Source of the DNA: the human T2T-CHM13v2.0 reference genome, Homo sapiens
Length of the DNA: 64,000 bases
Direction of reading: 5' to 3'
Assembly (NCBI GenBank): GCA_009914755.4
Contig: CP068257.2
Coordinates: 20,160,001-20,224,000 of the forward strand
Shown piece by piece: positions 55,131 through 64,000 of the stretch. The first letter of the stretch is position 1, and every line of letters begins with the position of its first letter. The position numbers were made by a program, and so were the translations under genes. The notes under the pieces were generated by a model, which had not been told where the DNA came from, made no database searches, and saw only the letters and a list, made by a program, of their open reading frames with translations.

Positions 55131-58100
55131 TTAAGGGGGTTGAAGGTTGGTATCTCCTACTCTGCCGTCTTGGTGATGTTATACCTCCTTCTGTTTCAAA
55201 ATGCATATATATTGTTTGATCCTAATGGGATCAGTGTTTCATTCCACAAGAATGTCTAACCTTCTCAATGTTATGTGTTTGAAAAGAAATTATCAATTTG
55301 TTTTTTGACTACTATTTTTTGAGCCCCTAACCAATCAAAGTGATTTATAAGTCAATTCATTTAATCTAAAAAAAACTCATAAGTATTATTATGTGTATTT
55401 TACTTCAGAGTAAAGCAAGTCTTAAAGGAGTTAACAACTTACCTAGTATTATCAACTATGGGGAGGAGAGCCAAATTCTAAACAAGGGATTTCAGACTTG
55501 AAAATACATCCTTTTAATCCTCTCCTTATGAAAATGCTGGGTGTCTAATTCAGACCCTGAAGTCCACAACTGCAAATGAGGTTCTTCTATCCACAAAGTG
55601 ATAGACATTAACAGAACAACAAACTTCAATAATTCAGAATATGTGTACTGTCCAGGCTGCCTCGTATATTCTTTTCATATCAAAACTATTAAGATTTATG
55701 ATCTGTTAGCTTCCGTCTTCTCTATTCTTCAAAAACACTCCATTGTTATGATGTTTTCCATGCATTACTTGCCCTAGGTCTCCTGATAACAAAGTAATAT
55801 CTCATATTGCCTTGTTCCAACCATATAAAGGTTTCTGGCCCATAAGAAGTGCTTAGTAAATATTGCTATTTGTTTATCTGATTCTTCATCTGGCAGCTTG
55901 CAATTATTTTTATTATTTCATTTCCAAAATATCCTGTCAATAATTGAATTAATGTTTATGTCTCTGTTCCTATTTCCATTGTGTCAGGAAATAAATGTTT
56001 TAATACAAATGGACTCGTTTATTACTGTGAGTTCCAACGGGAGGGAACTTTCAGACTGATAGTGTTGAAGTTGAGTGCGCTCCTTAAGGCAGGCTGATAT
56101 AATTACTATCCTCGTAGGTCATTGTTGCACTATTATTGTTTTCTATTTCCTGTAGACTCCCCAAGAGAATTTCAGATGTCCATGTGGTAAGTTGACCTTA
56201 AGTGTACAAATTCTCACTATTATTTTTCTGAGTTCAAAAATGTAAACACTGTGTAGATACTTTTTATTAAATTGATTTTATAGCAAACAGTATAATAGTA
56301 AGTAGAATCATGGAGGCAACTTTTCTAAAACAATGTTTTATTACTCATGATTCTGTTTTTTCACACACATAACATAATGTGCACGACTGTCACTGAGACT
56401 CCAAAACACTGATCTAATAAAAAGTTTAACAAATAATAAGATCAAGACATTTGAAGCATGTTGTTTAACTTTATTGATTCACTGAAATAGCAGCCACCAC
56501 TGCCCTCACATTATAGATCCAATGAAACTAATGGCATATCCATGAAAGGTTTAAACCCCCTCCCTTAGTGATTTGAAAAACAAAAAAATACATACAGAAT
56601 ATATAATACTCTATTTTAGTACCTTATAATCACAAAAAATCATAGCATTTTTCTTTCAGAAATAACTTATAAAATAGTGAAAAATAATTAGGTAATACAA
56701 CTAATTTATCCTAGCTGCCAAACTGTCCTTTAGCCTATATAGTAATAAATTTGGAATTAAATGCTGAACTTCAAGACGTAGTACTAAATATTTTAGGACC
56801 ATATCAGCTGATCACGAGCTCAAATGCATACGGTGTTAAATCATAATAAATATGATCACTTTAAAGTGTACGTATACTTTAGTTTTAATAGCAGAAACAA
56901 AAATAACCTATTGAATATAATCATTTTTTTCTAACATTCCAGAATTTACATGGCAAAGAAAGTACTTTGTAATTTTGCTTGAAATGTCCAGTAAATCAGA
57001 AGAGAATGACTGAATAAGCACATTTATGTGTGTACGTGTGTATGTTAAAAATATAAATCAACTATTCTTAAGAATACCAAAGTATGAGAACAGAACACTA
57101 TATTACAATTTGATAAAAATCTTTATCACTTAATAATACATACCAACTTGAACTCGTGCTACATTATAATTTTTTTCATTCATCAAATGACTAACCAATA
57201 TGTCATTAAATAAAGAACCTAATGTTCTATGTATCTTCATTTAAAATAAACATAAAAATATGTTAAAGGAATAGTTGTTCAAAGCATAAAATTTATTTGA
57301 AATGCAAAATTGAACAAATAAACTTCTTACTTTTGTGGATGAATTCACTGCTTACCAGAATTCAATCAATTGAATACATTTACCTTACAAAAGAAATGCT
57401 CTAGTAAACAGTGAATGGCTCATTTTAACATTGTAAAGGTTACAAAAGTCACCATGCTGTGCTACAGAGAAACATTTAATACAGTGAAAAAGAAAAAACA
57501 GAAATCATCTTTACCAACAATTACTACACTTTTCATTGCAATGTCAGAGGGGTTTTTTGAAATAACTTTTTTTTAAATAGGGTAAATGCTTATCCCTACT
57601 GAGGTTAGGCAGTGCACTGGAGTGTTACATAAAGAAAATCTATTGGCCTTTTAGTTGTGGAAATGGGCTCTATATTCCAGAGAAATGCAGCTGTAAAATA
57701 CTAAAAGTAAACTGAACTAAAGGAATTTCTTCCGACAACCCATGTCAAACAAGTAAGAGGCATATTTAATTGCTGTTTGAATCATTTATAACTATTGTCA
57801 TGATGTAATGTATCCTGGCAATTACAGCCAGCTTTTTTCATTAGGTTTTCAGACTTAATTTCAGAAAATGAATTCATATTTAAAGCACAGAGCACCTGGT
57901 CTATGACTAAGCATTGCATCAATACAAACAATTGGACTGTTTGATGAGAGGAACATGCTTCTGGATTTAGTTGGCATTTTGTGACTACGGCTGCTAATTG
58001 CTAAATGGCTTGGCTGGTTTGACAAACTGACAATGATCCATGTATTTAAACTCTCTTTTTAGCTCTGTAGATCTTGCTCTGTATTGCGTGTGAGTTTTCA

Positions 58101-59624
58101 GAGTTGTTCCAAAGCCCAAATAACAGAAATTTATAGTAATTTAGAATAGTTTTAGAAACAAAATGTGAGTTTTCAAAGTTGTTGCAAAGCCCAAACAAAT
58201 TAGAAATTTGCAGAGTAATTTAGAATAGTTTTAGGAACAATAGTGTCTAAGGTTCAGGCTGTAAACTAATTGGTTCATATCTTTGTAAGGACTTCAGAGG
58301 GCAAAAATTAGGATCAGAAATTCAAAGTGAAAGTATCTTCAGAAAGTCTTAAAAATAACAGGAATATTATTATTAGATGGTTACGTTAATGGTATATGCG
58401 ATTTGTTTATCAACAAGTTCTATGTTTATGTTTCAACATATGTAATTCAGTCTTCCCAAGAAAAAAAATATTTACTTTTACATAGATATATTGATTAAAG
58501 GAATTACACATTTATGTTTCTAAAACACTTTCTTACCTATAATCTCATTTAATATCTACAACAGCATAAAGTAAATATTGTTGTTATTAGTATTCTATTT
58601 ATAGATTAGGCATAGAAAAAGATATTTTAAATGTCCTCCTGAACTGTTCCTTTATTTATTTCCCTTCTTCTCTATGTTTAGTTTGAGGGTCCATAGCATC
58701 TACATCTCTGGGAAGCTTGTAAGAAATGCAGAATATTGGGCTCTATCAAATAACTACTGCATTAGAATCTGAATTTTTAATAAGACTCCTAAGTGGTTCA
58801 TATAGACATTAAAGTTTGAATAGCAGTGATGTAAATTACATAAAGGTAATCTTTTAGTGGTTTGAAAATAAATATTGGCCTCTGATATTAAACCTTCATC
58901 CTATGCACGATGGCACAGAGCAGATCTCATTCACAACATATAAATACCCATATTTTTTCCTGGACATATAACTGGGTCACATTTCTATACTGTGATTAGC
59001 ATATCAGGAGACACATTAATAATTAGTATTCCCTTAACTACGTAATCCAGAAGAGAATATAAAACCATATCAAGTTACATGAAAAACAGGGCTACTAAAT
59101 TAAGTGGTTTAAAAGTGGTAAAAAAAATTAAGGACTACTGTGTGCTAAGCCAGCTTACCACGCCTTGGTTATTGATTTGCAATTTTTACTATTTGAACCA
59201 GCCTGGTAAGACAGAACGTTCACACACCAGGTTAAGCGAAACAACTTTATTACTCACAGATAGGTAACAAGTGGCAATGGAAGCCTAGGATTTATGGCAA
59301 GCTGATCCTGCAAGGCTCAGGAGAACTTCCCAGGGTAAATGGACTCTTGTCTGCATGTGCTCCATGTTGTACCACAGCTAAGAGACCCCAAAAGCAATGA
59401 GCTGTGGGTTTTATGCCCAGGGGTCACTGAATTCATTGAGCTACAGTGTTGAGCTGTATCCCGTTCTAAGGACAGAACAGAGCCCAGGCTGTTCCAAATA
59501 GTTCCTCCGTACATCCGGATGTCGCATTCCTAGAACACTCTACATTATTCTGAGAAGTACAAACAAGAAAGGAGGGGAAAGAGCTAGGCTGGTTGTGGCC
59601 ATCTGGGAACCTGTCCTGCATGAA

Positions 59625-59700
59625 GAAAAACACACACACACACATACACACACAAAAAAAAACAAAAGAGAGAGAGAGAGAAAGAGAAATTACAATCAGC
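59625..59700. repeat. compound (CA)n-(A)n-(GA)n microsatellite
   Basis: aaaaacacacacacacacatacacacacaaaaaaaaacaaaagagagagagagagaaagagaa. Confidence 0.85.
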
Positions 59701-59916
59701 TGAATTAGACAAAAATTGTTAAGAAAGCTTAATTTGAATTTGAAATTGAAGATAAATACAATGTCAACAGATACCTAAGAAGTGTTTCCTAGGGTGTAAG
59801 CAAAAGTCCAGATGTAAGGGAAAGGTATTTTTGTTTTGCTTTTTTTCCCTTGGGTGAATAAGTAGTCTGTTAGCTCAACTATGTTACACAATGGAAAGTT
59901 AAGAAATTCAACTGGT

Positions 59917-60217
59917 ACGCCGGGCACGGTGGCTCACGCCTGTAATCCCAGCACTTTGGGAGGCTGAGGTGGGTGGATCACAAGGTCAGGAGTTCCAGAC
60001 CAGCCTGGCCAAGATGGTGAAACCCCGTCTCTACTAAAAATACAAAAATTAGCCAGGCACTGTGGCAGGCACCTGTAATCCGAGCTACTCGGGAGACTGA
60101 GGTGGATAATTGCTTGAACCCGGGAGGCAGAGGTTGCAGTGAGCCAAGATGTTGCCACTGCACTCCAGCCTGGGAGACGGAGTGAGACTCTGTCTCAAAA
60201 ATAAAATAAAATAAAAA
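59917..60217 (+). mobile_element. Alu SINE (AluS-like), full length, with ~14-bp TSD
   Basis: gccgggcacggtggctcacgcctgtaatcccagcactttgggaggctgaggtgggtggatcacaaggtcaggagttccagaccagcctggccaagatggtgaaaccccgtctctactaaaaatacaaaaattagccagg...; flanks aagaaattcaactg (left) and aagaaatacaactg (right). Confidence 0.93.
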
Positions 60218-60776
60218 GAAATACAACTGACAAAGTAAATGGGGTGATATTTGATTAAGAGTCTGGAAATCTCCTTAAGGTGTTTCCACTTTATTAGGTA
60301 TCGTGATTCTTTAATGATTTTCATTAAGAGACCGATGTGATTGTAACAAGGTTTTCACAAGATCTGTGCATTGTTTGTAAAAAGAATGCAACAAAGGATA
60401 GAGAAAATGTTGAGGAAACAGCTTTCTCTTGAATCATCCAGGATATGAATGGGGATAGTGGTAGTAAGAGTAGATGAAAAGATTATTAGAAATAAATGTT
60501 GGAAATGGAGAACTACAATATTGAGTGCCAGTTGGGTGAGATAAATGAAGAAGAACACCGAATAAAAGTTAATTAAGTGGGTTTTAATTTTGCTTGAGAG
60601 ATAATGGGCAAGGCATGAACAGAAATTAACAAATCAGAAAAAAATCAGTTTGGGACATATTGATATAAATTGGTCAGCTTTAGGATATTTAGTGTGTCTA
60701 TGTTTCTATGATAATGAATGAGAGGAGAAAAACATATCATTTATGTATCTGAGAGTTATCAATAAAAAAAAATTTA

Positions 60777-61187
<411 letters not shown>

Positions 61188-61711
61188 CTATCAGCATCCC
61201 AGTCAAAAATCTTACTGATTTTGAAATTTATTACATCTAATTATGGCATCCTTTTTTTTTTCACAGTTAAACAAGTTGTTAAAAGCTGGCTTTCCTCACT
61301 CTAATAAATGTAACAAAACAGCAAGGGCCACTGCCACATCCATTCTTTCTTCTCTCCTAAGTATAGAACTTGCTTTCCCTTTGGCATTAATAGCCTCCCC
61401 CTACACCCCCGCAAAAATTTCTGCAACTTTCTTTGCAGCAGCTAGTGTCATGTAACACAATTTTTTACCAATAAGATAAAGGAAGATGTTCCTGGGAGCC
61501 TTTTAAGGGGAATGTATTGATTTGACATGAGCCTCATTTGTGTTTTACCATCTTTCTTACGAAATATCAACTTTATGGCTGGATTTCTGGCTGCCACCTT
61601 TCAAATATAAAAATGAGGATATAACAAATGAACAGATGCAAATGATGGTAAAAGGGACTGATTTGCTTTGAAAGTATCTTGATGCCACAGCATCCATCCT
61701 AGATTTCCTTT

Positions 61712-62385
61712 TTAAAATTTTTCTAAATATGCTTTTTGGTTACATGTATGTTTCCTTTAGAAAAGCGTCTGTTCATGTCCTTTGCCCATTTTGGATTTTT
61801 TTATTGTAAATTTGTTTAAGTTCCTTATAAATGCTAGACACTAGACTTTGTTATATACAAAGATTGCAAATATTTTCTCCCATGCTGTAGGTTGTCTGTT
61901 TACTCTGTCAATAGTTTTCTTTTGCTGTGCAGAAGCTCTTAAGTTTAATTAGAACCCATTTGTTGATTTTTGCTTTTGTTGCAATTGCTCTTGGCATCTT
62001 CATCATGAGATTTTTGCACATTGCTAAGTCCTGAATTGTATTGCTTAGGTTGTCTTCTACCGTTTTTATAGCTTTGGGTGTTATAGTTTTTAATCCATCT
62101 TGAGTTGATTTTTGTATATGGTGTAAGGAAGGGTCCAGTTTCAATTTTCTGCATATGGCTAGCCAGTCACCCAAGCACCATTTCTTCAACAGAAACTTTT
62201 TTCTGCATTGCTTGTTTTTGTCAGCTTTGTTGAAGAGCAGATGGTTGTAGGTGGGCAGCCTTATTTCCGGGCTCTGTATTCTGTTCCATTGTTCTATGTG
62301 TCTGTTTATGTGCCAGTACAATGCTGTTTTTGTTACTGTAGCCCTGTAGTATAATTTGAAGTCTGATAACATTAAGTTTCAGAAG
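61712..62385 (-). mobile_element. older primate LINE-1 (L1PB-like), inverted 5' segment of a twin-priming-type insertion
   Basis: gtctgttcatgtcctttgcccattttggatttttttattgtaaatttgtttaagttccttataaatgctagacactagactttgttatatacaaagattgcaaatattttctcccatgctgtaggttgtctgtttactctgtcaatagttttcttttgctgtgcagaagctcttaagtttaattagaacccatttgttg...taaggaagggtccagtttcaattttctgcatatggctagccagtcacccaagcaccatttcttcaacagaaactttt is rc of L1 ORF2; ORF 61908-62372 (-) 154 aa is ORF2p. Confidence 0.8.
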
Positions 62386-63135
62386 AAAAGCTCAATATCA
62401 CTGATCATTAGAGAAATGCAAATCAAAACCACAGTGAGATACCATCTCATACCAGTCACAATGGCTATTATTAAAAAGAACAGATACTGGCGAGGTTACA
62501 GAGAAAAGGGAACACTTGTACACTGTTGATGAGAGTTTTCATAAGTTCAAACATTGTGGAAAGCAGTGTGGCAATTAATCAAAGGGCTAAAAACAGAAAA
62601 TTCGACCTAGCAATCCCATTACTGAGTATATACCCAAAGGAATATAAATCATTCTTCCATAAAGACACACACACGCATATGTTCATTGCAGCACTATTCA
62701 AAATAACAAAGGTGTGGAATCAACCTAATGCCATCAGTGCTGATTGGATAAAGAAAACGTGGGACATATGCACCATGGACTACTTCACAACCATAGAAAA
62801 GAAGGAGATCATGTCCTATGCAGGAACATGGATGGAGCTGGAGGTCATTATCCTTAGCAAACTAATGTGGAAACAGGAAACCAAATAATGCATGTTTTCA
62901 CTTATAAGTGGGAGCTAAATGATGAGAACACTTGGATACAAAGAGGGAACAACAGCCACTGAGGCCAACTTGAGGACAGAGAGTGGGAGGAAGGTGAGGA
63001 TCAGAAAAATACTAGGCTTAATACTCAAGTGATGAAATAATCTGTAAAACAAACCCCCATAACATGCATTTACCTGTATAACAAATCTGCATATGTATTC
63101 TTGAACCTAAAATAAAAGTAAAAAAAAAAATGAAG
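62386..63135 (+). mobile_element. same LINE-1, direct 3' segment: ORF2 C-terminus, 3'UTR and poly(A)
   Basis: ctcaatatcactgatcattagagaaatgcaaatcaaaaccacagtgagataccatctcataccagtcacaatggctattattaaaaag...atcccattactgagtatatacccaaaggaatataaatcattcttccataaagacacacacacgcatatgttcattgcagcactattcaaaataacaaag...cacttataagtgggagctaaatgatgagaacacttggatacaaagagggaacaacagccactgaggcc...aaaataaaagtaaaaaaaaaaa. Confidence 0.85.
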
Positions 63136-63139
63136 TTCC

Positions 63140-63480
63140 TACAAATAAAACAATTTTTAAACATGGATGGAAATGGAGGCCATTATCCATTGCAGACTAA
63201 TGCAAGAACAGAAAACCAAATATCTCATGTTCTCACTTATAAGTGGGAGCTACATGATGAGAACACATGGACACGTAGAGGGAAAAAACACACACAGGGG
63301 CCTATTGGCAGGTGGAAGGTGGGAGGAGGGAGAGGATCAGGAAAATAACTAATGGGTACTGACTTTAAACTTGGGTGATGAAATAATCTGTACAACAAAT
63401 CCCCATGACAAATGTTTACCTATGTAACAAATCTGTGCTTGTACACCTGAACTTAAAAGTTAAAACAATTATGTAAACCA
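63140..63480 (+). mobile_element. second, short LINE-1 3' end (L1PB-like) lying directly after the poly(A) of the preceding L1
   Basis: catggatggaaatggaggccattatccattgcagactaatgcaagaacagaaaaccaaatatctcatgttctcacttataagtgggagctacatgatgagaacacatggacacgtagaggg...ggtgggaggagggagaggatcaggaaaataactaatgggtactgactttaaacttgggtgatgaaataatctgtacaacaaatccccatgacaaatgtttacctatgtaacaaatctgtgcttgtacacctgaacttaaaagttaaaac. Confidence 0.75.
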
Positions 63481-64000
63481 CTGTTTTCTCTTAGCTAAGT
63501 TCAATTCCTAATTGATAAAATTAACTCAATGTGTTTTTGACCCTATCTTAGTCAATCTGAATATGCAGACTCTATATCATTATGGGCAATGTGTACATTT
63601 CAAGGGAAAGGAATGTTGGTGTACCACACTGAGCTGCATAATCAATGTGGCTTAACAATGTGTTAAACTAGGTGTAGATTTTAAAGAAAGGTGTGGTTTT
63701 TAGATGACAGGTGTATTTATGACGGTAGTATTACTTCAGTTTCTGTTCCAATTGTCTTATGTTGGTAGGAGCAAACATGAATTCCATCCTAGCAACCACA
63801 GCATCAATTACAGGTACCAGCTGAGAAAGCATAACATCCTAAAGTTCCTTGATTTTATATTCCTATCATGCTGGGCTACTGTGCTGTGAAATGCATGCAG
63901 ATCTATTAGGGGGTGATAAAAAGCAACATGATTAACAGGTGATTTATATCCTTTGAGATTGACGGCATATAGAGAATAGTGACAAATGGGGGATCTAGTT

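Noticed and set aside
61908-62372. 154-aa minus-strand ORF, and likewise 198-aa ORF at 43944-44540 (-)
   Set aside because: Both are reverse-orientation L1 ORF2 fragments (…[20 protein letters not shown]… / …[27 protein letters not shown]…), the inverted 5' arms of the two twin-primed L1 insertions.

Overview
This window is human (primate) nuclear DNA, not a prokaryotic locus. It is AT-rich (roughly 35-38% GC by eye) and densely packed with interspersed repeats. I could not support any protein-coding exon, tRNA, rRNA or CRISPR array. I found no novel biological system here and do not claim one. All ORFs of 60 aa or more are either Alu-derived artefacts, LINE-1 ORF2 remnants, or low-complexity noise. 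Content recognised from the sequence: about 12 Alu SINEs or fragments, at least 10 LINE-1 pieces (two with the inverted-5'/direct-3' structure of twin priming, one with clean 14-bp target-site duplications), several ERVL-MaLR solo LTRs (THE1/MST/MLT1 types, one nested in another), one HERV9-type LTR12 solo LTR carrying a tandem CCAAT-box array, a probable MIR, and many di-nucleotide microsatellites. The most checkable observations are an LTR12 promoter-like module, a small CpG-retaining island-like segment in the L1 desert that ends in a consensus splice donor, a MITE-like inverted repeat split by the young L1 insertion, and an internal paralogous block pair that preserves a filled and an empty Alu site. 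Coordinates of repeat boundaries are approximate (about +/-10 bp), and subfamily names come from memory of consensus sequences, not from a database search.
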